From: Felis catus
Taxonomy: Eukaryota
NCBI RefSeq assembly: GCF_018350175.1
Contig: NC_058382.1
Coordinates: forward strand, 59,956,001 to 60,020,000
Direction: 5' to 3'
Length of the DNA stretch: 64,000 nt
Part shown: positions 24,801 to 37,323 of the stretch, piece after piece
How positions within the stretch are numbered: position 1 is the first letter of the stretch
Layout of the letters: every line of letters starts with the position of its first letter
Program-made: the position numbers and the translations under genes
The notes under the pieces: model-generated
Databases searched by the model: none
What the model saw: the letters and a program-made list of their open reading frames with translations, nothing else
What the model was told of the DNA's origin: nothing

Positions 24801-27800
24801 ACTCTGGGTGGGAGCCCTGCAGGCTAGCTGTGTTGTCCCCGTCCCCCGTGGACTCGCAGCCCTCCCCGGCCGGGAGAGGACAGGTAACCGCGGGGCACGG
24901 CCCAGCAGGCCGGCTGACAGGCGGATGCGCTGTCGGGGAGCTCCCCACGCTGGCACCCCCAGATAAGCACGATGGAGTTGGCACGCAGAGGCAGCTGGGC
25001 CAGGGAGATAAGCCGGCTTTGGGCTGCCTGAGGACAGCCGGGCCGCCAGGCCGGCATCCACACCGGGAACTTGTCCTTCAGGGGTGTGTCTGTCCCATCC
25101 TCGTCCTGCCGTGACCTCGACCACCTCGCAGGCCAGCAGGGCCCCCACTTGCGACCCTACCTCCTGTCCAGATACACCTCGACGGTGGGCAGTGCTGCCC
25201 AGTGAAGGGGGACAGCCCCACGGCCTCATAGGACACCTGGTCACAGTCAGAGCCTGCCCCCGGCTCCAAGCCCGACTAGGGGGCTTCCGTTCCCGTCTGC
25301 AGACTCCCCCTCCTCGACCCTGAGCACAGGGTGTCCTGGGGGTGCGGCCACCGGTGGTGTCAGATGTGACTCAGGACACGCTCCCCACTCTGCTTCCCCA
25401 GACCTAGTGGGGCCACCTTCACAACAGCACAGGTGGCTGTGAGTGGGGGAGGGGGGAGCATACTCACCACCACCACTCAGGCCACCAGCCTGCTCCTGGC
25501 CCTGGCCTCTGCCCCTGGGAGGGGGTTATGTGAGCAGGACCCAGCCTGGCCCCACCTGACTTCTAGAAAACGGCCTGTTAGGTGTTCTGTTGGCTCATTC
25601 GGCTGTTCCCCTCGCGCAGAGGGGAGGCTCAAAATGCAAGGGGAGCCTGTTTTCATTTAAAAACAGCAAAAGAAAACGCAAAAAAAGCACCCCAACTGAA
25701 GGTACCCTGCTGATGAATTTATCAGGCCCAGTGATCAGGCCCGTGCTTCCTCAGGTAACAAAACCAGCAAGGATCTTAATAGCAAAACAGTGTATGAGCA
25801 CCCACTGTATACTCAGACTCACTCTATCGTTCAGTGCCCTCCACGCACAGAAGGTGGCCCATTCCCTCTGCTGACCTGAGGTCACATACACCAGGGGAGG
25901 TCATAAGCAAGTCCAACAGAACCATCCAGAAGCACAGCATCTGGCTACTGGCCAGTACCTGCTGATCAGGAAATCAAGTCCAATGTCCCCCCAGGCGGCC
26001 GCAGTGATGGACCCACCTCGTTCCTGGGCCAAGGGTCTGCAGGGACTGTCCACCCCCCCCAGGATGGAAGGACCCAAGGTCAGAGCCCCCAAGCCTAGAA
26101 CCTCACTGCCTGAGTCCTGCTGAAGAGCCGCTAGTGAGCGAGGCCATCTCACACAGGTGGGGGACTCACTGGCAGGAAATGGCCAGATGGCACGGAGACG
26201 CAGGCAAATGAGCGCTGTTTGACCAGAGCTTTGCTGGCAGGCGGGAGGCAGGAGAGGAAGTGGCCGTCAGGCTGTGTCAGTTCCAGGAAGCGCGGCCAGC
26301 CTGGTCCCCCGGGTGTGCCTGGGGCAGCCCCGGGCCAAGGAGCAGAGCCGGCCTAAGACCCGGGCTCCAGAAAGCGGCCAGGCTGTCCCTTGGAGCCTCC
26401 CCCCCGCCCCAGTCAACATCACGGTGTTCGAACCCCAAGCCTCGGCTGCAGGTGGCAGCTCCCGGGGCAGCAGCCGGTGACCGCACACTTGCTTAGGCAC
26501 TGCGAGCGCAGGCTGGCATGGCCAGGCAGCGGGCGGAGCAGTCATCCAGGGGCCTGACTTCCGAAGGGGCGCCCAGCCGCTCGGCGGGTCTCGTTCTGCC
26601 TCTGCCGTCTTTACGCAAACCCACCCAGCACGCGCAGGGGCCCAGAGCTCAGCAGGTGCTCAGGAGTGTGGGGCTCGCTCAGGTCCAGACGTCCTCGGGC
26701 TCACTGCGAGCCCCCTTCCAACAGAGCTTGGCAGCCGTGATCACCTGCCCCCCCCTTCCTCCTTTCCTGCCTTAACTTTCTCGTCCCTGCCAACGCAGAT
26801 AGGGTCTCGGGCTCCAGGGGGCCCAGAGGCCCCTGAGGGTCTTGTAAGAGAGCCAGTCGGGGCCCTACTCCAGAGCGTGAGATTCCAGCCAAGAATCTGC
26901 ATTCCTAACTGTCTTGGTCCAGAGATCCCACTCGGAGAACCCGAGGGCAGCTTCACCTTTTTTGGGCTCCAAGAAAATGAGTACGTGGGACCCAACAACA
27001 CCCCGGAACCATCTGAGAGGGCCGACCTCACTCTGGAATGTGCTAGAACACTGAACCAGTTCAGGTGACAGCCTGGCTCCAAGGAGTTGTTGAGATGGGA
27101 CCCAGGGCTCCCTCGGCTCCCTTGGCAAAGAGGCCACTGCCTGTGAGAGAGGCCAGCGGGGACACCGGCTCTCAAGCACCCCCCCCACCCCACCCCCAGG
27201 TCTTGCTGATTCACTGCTTTTCTGTGAAAAGAAATGACTGATAGGCTAATATCACATTTTCAAATTGCCCAGAACACTTGGCTTTTCAAGTTCAAACGAC
27301 CAGCCCTGGAGTACATGTTTCCGTATTTTTTTTTTCCATTTTTAACCAGGGCTGGGTGACAGCTGACCCCACGGCCCGGCAGGCCGGGGGTGGGGGTGGG
27401 GTGGGGTGGGGGTGTCGGCCAGCCCCAGGAACGGGGCTGACGCATCCGTTCCCAAACACGCCAGCGAGAGGCAAATTCGGTGTGCTCCGAAATCTGCCAG
27501 CGCCCCGGCAGACAGCGACTTCTCACTTTGGCGGGCTTTTCTGAAGCTCGAGTCCTGGAGAACGGGGGAGCTCTGCCTCAGCTCTGAGCGCCTCCCCGCC
27601 TTCTGACCTGCTGTGCGATCTGGGGCAGGCTACTCGGCGCGTCTGGGCCGCCTTCCTCACGGCAGCCGGGGGCGAATTCAACATGCGGGCTCACCGCAGG
27701 GTGTGCGGGTCTGTGCGGGACGGACCAGGCCGTTGCTCCCCAGACCCAGTGCCTGGCGATCTCCGCGGTGGCCCAGAACCACTGCCCCCCCCCCCCGGCA

Positions 27801-27894
27801 CTTTTACTAAAGAAGGAAAAGGGGAGAAGAACCTGCCGGAGGTGCGGCGCCCGAGGGTGAGAGCACGGCCGAGCATCCAACCTGATGCCCTCCC

Positions 27895-28010
27895 CTGAGA
27901 GTCGGGTAAATGGAGCTCAGAGAGTTGTCTGACTTGCCAAAAGTCACACAGCCGTTACCAAGGGAGTGGGGAGAGACGCTCAGGTCTCCCAAGTCCAACT
28001 CTCGAGCTCT
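27895..28010. mobile_element. MIR remnant
   Basis: gctcagagagttgtctgacttgccaaaagtcacacagc resembles the MIR core. Confidence 0.55.
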
Positions 28011-31000
28011 GGCCCCTGGAGCGGGGGCTTCGATCCCGGCTCCTCGCGAGAAGCACCACCCAGCCCCCCACCTGCTGACTCGGACGTGCAGTCAGGCTGA
28101 CACCCACCGATGGGGGCAAATCCCACAGAGACCCACCCACCACGCGCACACGGGTGATTCAAGTGTCCTGGGCACCGTCTAAAGGGAGGGGCCGGGTGGG
28201 TGCAGGGCAGTGTCCTGTGCTGGTTTAGACCAGAGTCTGAAGCAGGCCGTCCCCTCAGCGTGGGGCCTTGGACAGGTGTCTGGCGCTCTCTGGATGGTGG
28301 GTTTCTCGCGCGGGCCCAGAGGGACCGTGCCCAGAAGAGTGCCAGCCAAGAGCATCCCGGGTGGGCATCCCCCCTGCGGGCCCCCCATTAGGCGACAGGG
28401 CCTTCCTGGAGCTATAGTGTCTCCCTCCCACCGGGTAAGGTGGCCCCAGGACAGGGTCCAATCCCGACTCTGCTCCCTGGCCTCCAGCCCTGACACTGCG
28501 AACTGTGGTCTTCGCGTAGACCGGATGCCGCGGAGGCTCCGCGAGCCCCGCCACCTTGGAGAAGAGCCAAGGCTGACAAGCCCTCCCCCTCCGTGTTCCG
28601 AAAGCGGCTGTCAAGAAGCCAAGAAGCCCCCGCCCCTGGGACTGGAGACCCTCACCCGTGACAGGCCCGACGCGGGCCCTCAAACCGCCTCTGCGCCCTG
28701 GCAGCGACGAGCGCAGCCGCCCTACCCCACGGATCCGCCGGAACAAAACGCCCACTGACCAAGCCGTGGTCCGGCCTCCCGTCCTCCCCAGACCCCCGAC
28801 CCCGGTGCCGCTCAGGGAGAGCCGGCAGCCCGGCCTCTGGGTGGGGGGGACACTCCTCTAGCAGCACCCCACCTGGCCGCTCTCCCCCCACCCCCACCCC
28901 GGACCCTTCCCTTAGCTCCGGGGGGGGGGGCGGGGGATGTCTAAGATGATTGTAGGAAGACCCCCCCAACCACACACACACCACGCCCAGGGCCTGCTAT
29001 CGCGTGAGTGCTGCTGCACGGGTGCCCAGATTACAGGTGGCTGCAGCCAGCCACCCACCCGCTGCAACTACAGGACCCACACCTCACAGGGCAGGGCCAT
29101 AGCTCCTGGTCCCTCCCCCAGCCCGTCCACTGCTGCCCTCCCCAGGCACATCTGCCCTGTCGTCTTTCATTTCTGGACGGTCCCTGTCACCTGCCCCCGC
29201 TGTGATGAGATGGTTGACTCACACCCTCCACAGGATCGGCCTGTGCGCCCCTGCTCTGAGCTCTGAAACACCGGCCCGGAGAGGCTAAGCGCCCAGCCCC
29301 AGGGACTCACAGAACTTGCCTCTGCAGCAGCCCTGGGCCTTCCAGATCACTCAGGCTGGATGTGAATGTGTCTGCCAGGTTCGGGCAGCTCACACAGACC
29401 TGGACAAACGCGAGGCCGGCCAGAAGGTCGCAGGGGGCTTCAGGCTCATGTTTCTGGGCAGTGGCCTCGGTTCTATACTGGCTACGTGTTGAGGGACTCA
29501 CGGACAATCACAGACAATCAGCTGGGTCCCAGCAGCGCCAGATGTCTGCCAGCAAGCAAGGTCAGGCTGACTCGGGAGCACAGATCAGGTTGCAAACACG
29601 CGCCAGGAGCAGGAATGGGAAGTTGGTGCCCATTCCTCACCTAGCGGGAGGGGTGGGTGTGACCCAGGTCCACAGGGACAGGCATGTGTGACGCGGGTGC
29701 TGGAGAGCCACCTGGGATAGCCAGCCTCCGAGCAAGAGTCCAGGATTCTGCCGGGAGCCAAGAAGCTGCTGGACTGGGTGGTGGTCTGGGGCGGGGCAGG
29801 GCTAGTCCTGTCGGCGGGATGAAGCCTGGGGGTGGGGACGAGTGCGCTCTGGGTGGCACCCTGGGCCAGCAATCCAGATGAGGGCGTGAAGGTCATGCCC
29901 CCTGAGGGCGGAGAATCAGGTATACCCCTGGTTCCCAGCACCTGCTATGGGTCACAGAAGGGGCATGGGGACTGGAGGTCAGCGTGGGCACAGGAAGGGG
30001 CGCACGCTGGGGGGCAGCGGTCCACCCACCCTGCTCCAGAAGCTACTTTGCAAGGTGAAGACCTGGAGAGAAGAGGACAGGCTCCCTAGGCGGCTCTGCA
30101 TCCAGGCTCTGGGGCTCGGTCAGGGGGAAAAGCACTTCCCAGCGAGTCGGGGCCCATGTCTCCTCACCCCGGCTGACTGGGCGCCCACAGGTGGCGACCC
30201 TGGCATCTGCCGCTCTCGCCAAAGATGTGGCCTGGTGTCCCCACACACGTGGTGAGAAAAGGCAGTTCAGCACGGACAGTGCCATAGCCCCGGGCTCTCG
30301 GCCCACCGCTGCCTCAGTTTCCCTGGCTGTAGAGAGGGGAGGAGAACACTGGTTTCAAAGGCTGGGGCAGGAGCCTGTGAGAGAGGTGCGAGTTCAAGCA
30401 CCGCCGGCTTGGAGACGTCAGATCCACCCCCGCCACCGTCTGCGGGCTGGGGCGTGAGAGCCCCGTGACTGGGCGCGCTTTGGAGTTAATACGCCCGCTC
30501 CGCATTTCTGCCCAGAGTCTGCACATTCCACTGGATTATCAAAGGGGGTCCGTGACCCGGGGAAAACAGGGTCAGAAATGCCCACCCAGCGTCTCCCACT
30601 TCTCTTGAGGTCACGCGCTTTTGTGAAGTACCCCACAGGCCTCAGCTCCAGTCCCGTGATTCGGCGTGACTGGCTCTGCGGCCGGAGCACGTTCGTGTCT
30701 GGCTGGGAAAGGCAGATTTCAGCGCTCATGACTGGGCTGTCATCTGCACTTAGTTCACAGCTTGCGACTCTGGGGACACCAGCTCCTTGGAAACACCCAG
30801 AAGCCTTTGCCTCGTGCAGAGAGGGATTTGGCCCTGGCGGCCAGCAGGCGTTCAGACGCCCCGAAGCAGGCGATACAGTGGTCTACACATTGTGCAGTAG
30901 GGGTCTCACGCCTCCAGGAGCAGGTCACTGCCCGGAGCTGATGCAGAAGACTGGGGGTGGGGGGGGGGGGGTACGGCCATGGCCTCCCCTCCCCCACTGG

Positions 31001-31778
31001 CCATCATCCCAATGGACTCACCCTCAGCAGGCCGAAACCCACAGCCAGCCAAACCCACCCCTTATCTGTGCCCTTCACCTACAGGACAGCCGGTCTCCTG
31101 CCCCTGAGGCAGGGAGGGACGATTTGTGTGACAGGCATTTCGCAACTCAGACCCCAGCCCCAGAGGGGACGCTGGTGTTCACCTCTGGCTTTTTCCTGCC
31201 TTGTCTCCGTTCTCCCTCCCTCCTTCTTTCTGCCGAACTGGAACAGACCAAGTCCTAAGGTAGCTCGAGGTGAAAGGTGAACACCAGACAGAGAGCAGCG
31301 TCGAGAATAAGTTGCAGCCACCCTGTGAACTGGGGACTCTGTGCCGAGTTCATTAAATGCCAGGCAGGGCCGTGACCCATTCCCATTTCACAGATGCGGA
31401 GTCAGACCGGGACGTCCGAGTGGATCTCTTGAGACGGAACCCAGCTCTGCTCACGTGCAGGGCACAGCCACCCCACGTGTCTCGCGCGAGAAGGCAGATC
31501 AGAGTGCTTTCCAGACCCCACAAAGGCCACCACCCTGAAGGGGACCACTCCGAGTTCTACAAGTGAGTCTGAGCTGTGGCTCTCCCAGTGGGCCCAGTAC
31601 CCACCCACCCCCCCGGGAGAGGAGGGTGGGCCCCCAGCAGCCTGCAGCCACTTGCCTGACACCTTTGTGTGCAGGGTAGGGGTGACTATGAGAGGGGTGC
31701 CTCTCCCTTGACATAAAAGACCCAAGCAGGCGTCTGGACCTTGGGCCAGCTCTCGCTGCGGCCTCAGTTTAAAAACAA

Positions 31779-31791
31779 TTTTTTTGTTTGT

Positions 31792-31830
<39 letters not shown>

Positions 31831-31982
31831 TTTTGAGAGAGAGAGAGAGCAGAGAAGGGGCAGAGAGAGAGACTCCTAAGCAGGCTCCACACCATCAGCA
31901 CGGAGCCCGATGCGGGGCTCAAACCCACAAACCGTGAGATCGTGACCTGAGCCTTGACCGACTGAGCCACCCAGGTGCCCCC
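31779..31982 (-). mobile_element. Can-SINE with (TTTA)n tail
   Basis: Reverse-oriented head (gactgagccacccaggtgcccc), (GA)n tract, and tail expanded to a TTTA microsatellite at ~31791-31833. Confidence 0.93.
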
Positions 31983-34482
31983 AACACTGGACCCATTTTG
32001 CAGAGAAAGCCCACACAGGGAGGTCAGAAAAACTGCCAAAAGCCAAGTGAGGCTGGCGAGAATCTCAGCTCCGGTCTGAGTGACTTCCGCCCAGAAGGCG
32101 GACCCAGCAGTATCGAGGTTTCAAGCAGACCTCACCAACTGTCTGTGGAGCGAGAATGTAAACCGAGACTCAGGCCAGATGCCACACGGCCATCGGGAAA
32201 GGCGAACGCAGCGAGTTTCTCTCACCTTTACCGCCGAGAAACCCCAGAGCCACACTATGGAGGGGCCCCATTATCGGTCGTCTCGGACAGACTTAACAAG
32301 AAAAGGGCTTTTATTCCCACCGATATCTCGAGACAGCAGGACCAGTCTACGCACCAAAGCCAACCTGTTTCAGAACACCACTGTTTAAGCAGCAGAAAGC
32401 AACTTACGGTAGGATATGCCCAGGGCACCAAAAGACCGACCAGCAAAACGGAGAACTTTGCTCTGGCACCCAGGACACGCTGCTAGAAGGAACGGGCCAC
32501 CAGGCCCTTCCACGGGGTCCCACAGGGATGCGCTAGGGGCGGAAAGCAGTGCGGAGCGCCCTTCTTCTTGAGTAGAAATTCTAGAACCCGGGCCTTTGTG
32601 GGATACTTGAAGAGCACTCAGACACTTTCCGCGTGCCCCTATAAGGACAGGCCCGCCCCCCTGGACACCCGTAACCTTTCTCCCTGCTCAGTTCAGGGCG
32701 GCCTGTACCAGCGAGCTCTGAGTTCTGTGAGCCTTGGACCAGCCCTTGGCCCTTTCCAGACGGAGTAAGGCTCTAGGCTAGTGCTCTGCCTGCGGCGCGT
32801 CCCATTCTGTAATGGAAAATCCTCTCTCCGTGGGAGAAAGCCACCCACATCCACCCACGAGGTGCTTCAGAGAAAAAGAGCCACAAGGGCTGATCGCCAC
32901 GTGGAAACTGTAGCCCTCGCTCACAACTCACACTGGCATTGCCACAGCGCCACGGGGTGGGGGTGGGGGGGGGCGCCGGGCGGCCGGCAAGGCTGTACCC
33001 ACCACAGTCCCCCTGCAATCCGTCTACTCAAACCCAAGAGCTTCAAAAAGTAAGGGATTGATTTTTAAAAACTAGAGAACAGGCACTTTAAAGATACTAT
33101 TTACTTCACTACGTTCTAGGCCCAGACGTTAAATCGTCTTGTAATGATAATATTGCATCATAAAGTCGTCCTGCCTTTCGATGGGCTTTTCCCTACACGG
33201 CCCAATGTGTCATCCCATAAAAAGCCTCATCTCAAACCTACCAGAAGCCACGGGTTTTCCTGTGTTCAACCAGATCGACTATTGCTGTAACTCTCCCTAG
33301 ATTTAGACCAAAGTTTTTTTTAAGCTGAGATTCACATCACTGAGCGAGACCGCCCCAAAAAAGGCAAGTAACGCTCCTTCAGCCGGCGTGGCTGCTCGGT
33401 TCAGGGTCTCAGCAAAGCGTGTGATGTCAGGCAGCCGAGCAGAGCTGCACGTGGGGTTCTGCTTCCTGGACTCCCCACTGTAGGAAACGTGCCTCCCCCT
33501 ACACTACAGCGTGGCTCTCGTGGGAAACCCGGTCCACACACGCCAGAGTCCCCGTGGCACCAGCAGGCACTGCCGATCAGAAGCCACTCCCAGTAACGGC
33601 CCGGTCCCTGAGTCTCCTGGCTGGGACCCCGGCCCTGAATGCCCAGAGCCCTGCTCACCCTGGACCTGTACCCACTATCAACATTCGGGCAAATCTTCAA
33701 ATCAGGTGGCAGGCAGTTCTGGAAAGCTGGCTGCTTCCACCTTGCAGGGCTCCTAAGAGGGGGGCCAAGGGGCAGGTGTAAAAAGCCCCCCCCCCCAGCC
33801 GAAAAGGACAGGAAAGTCACATGGCATTTGGTACAAAAGACTTCTTTTGAAATCCCACGAGAAGACTTTTGGAAAGCACTCATGGGTGAAGAACGAACCA
33901 GGACTGTGCCCACCAACATACCAAGACCATGCCCAACATTAGGAATATGACCAGGGGCTGTTTCTCTGCACAGCTTGGGACCCCCGAAACCCACCCTCCA
34001 CCCCCAACACACACAAATCTAATTTGCTGCCAACTCCCCCATTTTACTACTAACTTTGACACTGCTGCCCAACCCAGCAACTCAGAATTCTGTCCCCACC
34101 TGTTTTGTATGAGCCAGCCTCTGCTGACTCCTGATAAGCCGCTTTGGAGAGCAGAAATGAATGAATTTTTTTTTTCTTTGACTACAATTTTTGTGATAAG
34201 CGGTCAGCACCGAGAACCTCAAACGGTAAATGTGTTTTCAGACACTACCCGGAGCGGACGCTATCCAGAGGCAGGGACGTGTGCTCCAGCCTCTCTGAAT
34301 GAAGCGGCTGAGGAAGTGGAACGTCTCGGGGACCCTGAGGGCTGGGACCCTGCTGACTCACCGTTGACTTCCCAAGGCACACGAATGAATGAGACCCACG
34401 TGGGTTCTGGGAGCGGCGGCCTCAGCCGCGCGGCGCGGGGCACGCCCGCCCCCGCCGCCGCCACCCCGAGGTCGGTACTTAC

Positions 34483-35026
34483 GCACGCAGAGGCAGGCCA
34501 CGAGCTTGGCGGCCTCCTCGGGCACCGGGCAGGTGGGGAAGAGCGGCTTGAGCAGGTAGGTGGCGAAGACGAGGGCCACGATGTACTGCGAGGAGGGCCG
34601 GATGATGAGCAGCTCGATCCAGAGCTTCAGGAAGGCGGGCAGCGAGCCGTAGACCTCCAGCATGTACGCGTAGTCGCCCCCCGACTTGGTGATGGTGGTC
34701 CCCAGCTCCGCATAGCAGAGCGCCCCCACGATGGAGAAGACCCCGCACACGGCCCACACCACCAGCGCCAGCCCGGGCGAGCCCGCCTCCTTGAGCACGC
34801 CGGTGGGCGTCACGAAGATGCCCGAGCCGATGATCGTGCCCACGATGATGGCCACGCCGTTGAGCAGCGTGATGCTGCGCTGCAGGGTCACGCCCTCCGC
34901 GCCCTCGGCGCCCTCCGCGCCGTCCCCGCGCCGCGCCGCCAGCATCCGCTCCCGCGCCTGCCGCTCCTCCTCCTCGGCCGCCGCGGGGGCCGCGGACGCG
35001 CGCCGCTTCGGGCCGGTGCCTGCCAT
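34483..35026 (-). CDS. SLC7A5: LAT1 coding exon 1 (MAGTGPKRR...AKLVACLCV)
   Basis: ATG at 35026-35024; donor C|GTAAGT with GT at 34482-34481; 544 nt, ends phase 1. Confidence 0.98.
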
Positions 35027-35094
35027 GCCGCCGGCCGGGCCACGAGGCGCGCGCGCCGCCGCCGTCGCCGCCCAGCGAGGACCCTCTCCCGGCG

Positions 35095-35230
35095 CTGCGT
35101 CAGGCCCGGCGCTCCGCCCCCTTTATACGCGGCCGCCGCCCCGCCCCCAGGCCCCGCCCCCGCCGCGCGGCCTATCCGCCTCGCCCGCCGGCGTCAAGTG
35201 GCCCCGCCCACGCGGCGCCGCGAGCGGGCT
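35095..35230 (-). promoter_or_regulatory. SLC7A5: SLC7A5 core promoter: TATAAA plus GC boxes
   Basis: TATAAA on the minus strand at 35127-35122, ~100 nt upstream of the ATG, flanked by several GGGCGG (Sp1/KLF) boxes; CACGCG E-box variant at ~35209. Confidence 0.85.
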
Positions 35231-35564
35231 GCACCTGCGAGGACCGTGAGCCGGGCGGACGGAGGGCCCGGCGCCCCCGACCCGGGCTCGGGGCTGCGTG
35301 ACGGCGGCTCAGACGAGGCCCGCCTGCCTGCCCCGCCGGAGGGCGCTCCGGCCTGGTGGGGCGCGGGGGGCCGAGGTGATGGGCCCCCCCCCCCCCCCCC
35401 GCGCCCACCGCCGCAGCCTGCTCCTCCCGCGGGCCTGCGGGGTTTGAGGGTGTCCGGAACCTGCCCTCCTGCGGGAAACTGACTGGTGGTCCGGTTGGGG
35501 ACCTGGGAGTGGGGGGGCTGAGTCACGGGGCGAGTGAGCGGAGCTCGGAGAAGAGGGAGCCGCT

Positions 35565-35768
35565 GGGGCACCGGAGAGGCCCACTCGGTTAAGGGTGGAC
35601 CCGTAAGATCTCCGCTCAGGTCGTGATCTCACAGTTTGTGGGTTCAAGGTCTGCGGCGGGCTCTGCGCTGACAGCACGGAACCTGCTTGGGATTCCGTCT
35701 CTTCCTCTTTCTCTGCCCCTCCCTCCCTCTCTCTCAAAATAAGTAAATAAACATTAAAAAAATAAAAA
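35565..35768 (+). mobile_element. Can-SINE (diverged), bordering the SLC7A5 CpG island
   Basis: gctcaggtcgtgatctcacagtttgtgggttcaag...ctctctctcaaaataagtaaataaacattaaaaa. Confidence 0.9.
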
Positions 35769-37309
35769 GGAGGGGACCAAGGCCACATTCTGGATCCCTT
35801 CCTGGGCTAACAATTAACCATCTTAAGGGGGATCTCCCTGACAAAGAACAGAGTCCAGGGCCGCGCAGCTCTGAGAAGCCGGGACTCGGGCTTTGGGAAA
35901 CCACGAGTCTGCACAGGCCCACTTACATTGACCTGATGGGGCATCTCTGGAAGGAGCAAAATCCCAAATCCCAAACCCCGCGGGAATTCGAGGCAGGCGC
36001 GCGTGAAGAGCCTGTAGTCTGTAGGTCCCGAAGAACCCAAGAATGGCTGCAAGGTAGCTAGTGGTCAGGAGTGGGGAGGATGACAAGTCACACCAGGCCT
36101 GGGAGCAGGAAAGGATGGAAAATGCGTGCTGATTCAACTGACATGCGCGCCTGCCAGCATCCCGAATCTTGGGGGAGTTTAGCCAAGGGGCGTGGCTCTG
36201 ACCACCCTCACCCAGACCCCCTCCGCCCCCCCACGGCAGCTGTACACCTGCAATGCCAGAACCGAATGAAATCCTGGCCTCCTAAAGATCACACAGCACA
36301 AATATTAACTGGCAAGACGTTGTCCAAACTGGTGGCTTAGGGGAAAGAAAACAGTCTCTCCACTCTTGCTCTTCCCGCTGTCCTTCCTGAGCAGGAGACC
36401 CGACTACCGATGGCTGAGCAAACTTACTGAGCCCATGTGAGGCGCCAGGCGCTGTGCTGAGGCTTCCGTGGACACATTCTGATGGAGAGCCATTTTGTAG
36501 CTGACAGACAGGCTGGACCGGGTTATGTAACTTATCTGACCAGTAAGTGGGCCGGGACCTACCCTTCTGACCACCCCTGAACCGCCGTGGACTTCTAGTC
36601 CTTCCTCCACCCTTCTTCCTGTGCTTTATTCACCTCTAGACTGATGTTAAATGTCTGTTTCTGTCACTCAGAGCTGCTAAAACTCGGCCACTTCGAGATG
36701 CATTTCGGTTTCTCGAGGAAGGCGATCATTTAGCAAAGATCTAAGGCAAGGACCCAGGCACCTCGTCTGCATTCCCGCAGCAGACACCTGCAGGGCATGC
36801 GCCCTGTACTGGGTGCTGCCCTGGGCTCCAGGCACATGACCGGGAGGACCTCCCTCCTCCAACAAGACAGAGGCGATCGATAATCACACACAGAACTGTA
36901 AAGCGGCAGCCCTGATAAGCCGACGGCACTACTAGGACCCGGAGAGCTGGTCAGGAGGAACCAGACTGGTCCGACTCAGCTTTCCCGGGAAAAGAATTAA
37001 CGAGAGAGGCAGAGGGACCCACGTGTGCCCGTGGGTGTGCACATGCGCTTGGGTGCGGGGCTCCGGAGAGGATGTGGGAGACCTTCATAACCTGGAAGGG
37101 TTACAACGCCCCCAGGAGCGCGTTCAAGCTCCCCCAGGATCCCAAGGTCCCGCTGTTATGCGACACTGTCTGTTGGTTTTCATGTAACGTCCTAGACTCC
37201 CTCCTGCAATCATGCTTTGGAATATACATATCTCAGAGTTCTCTGATGTAAGTTGAATGAAATCTTAAAACACCTTACTTGAAACCTGACTCTAAAATCT
37301 TAGCAAAGA

Positions 37310-37323
37310 GTGCCATCTGCTGG
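37310..37323 (-). promoter_or_regulatory. Candidate CTCF site
   Basis: CCAGCAGATGGCAC on the minus strand fits CCASYAGRKGGCRS at all 14 positions. Confidence 0.6.

Larger units (their letters stand above)
2180..35095 (-). other. SLC7A5: SLC7A5 (LAT1, large neutral amino acid transporter light chain) gene span, 10 exons, 509 aa
   Basis: Ten exons, all GT-AG, join into one 1530-nt frame (544+126+106+45+124+104+97+150+178+56). Hallmarks: IIGSGIF (TM1), FPTCPVPE (4F2hc disulfide Cys), FAYGGW (TM6), C-terminus QVVPQET*. TSS and 3' end are estimates. Confidence 0.97.
34390..35460. promoter_or_regulatory. CpG island over SLC7A5 promoter and exon 1
   Basis: Very high GC content and dense CpG dinucleotides by inspection. 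Confidence 0.9.

Noticed and set aside
33929..35482. 517-aa plus-strand ORF
   Set aside because: Antisense shadow of GC3-rich SLC7A5 exon 1 and the CpG island; low-complexity R/A/P/G sequence with no recognisable domain.
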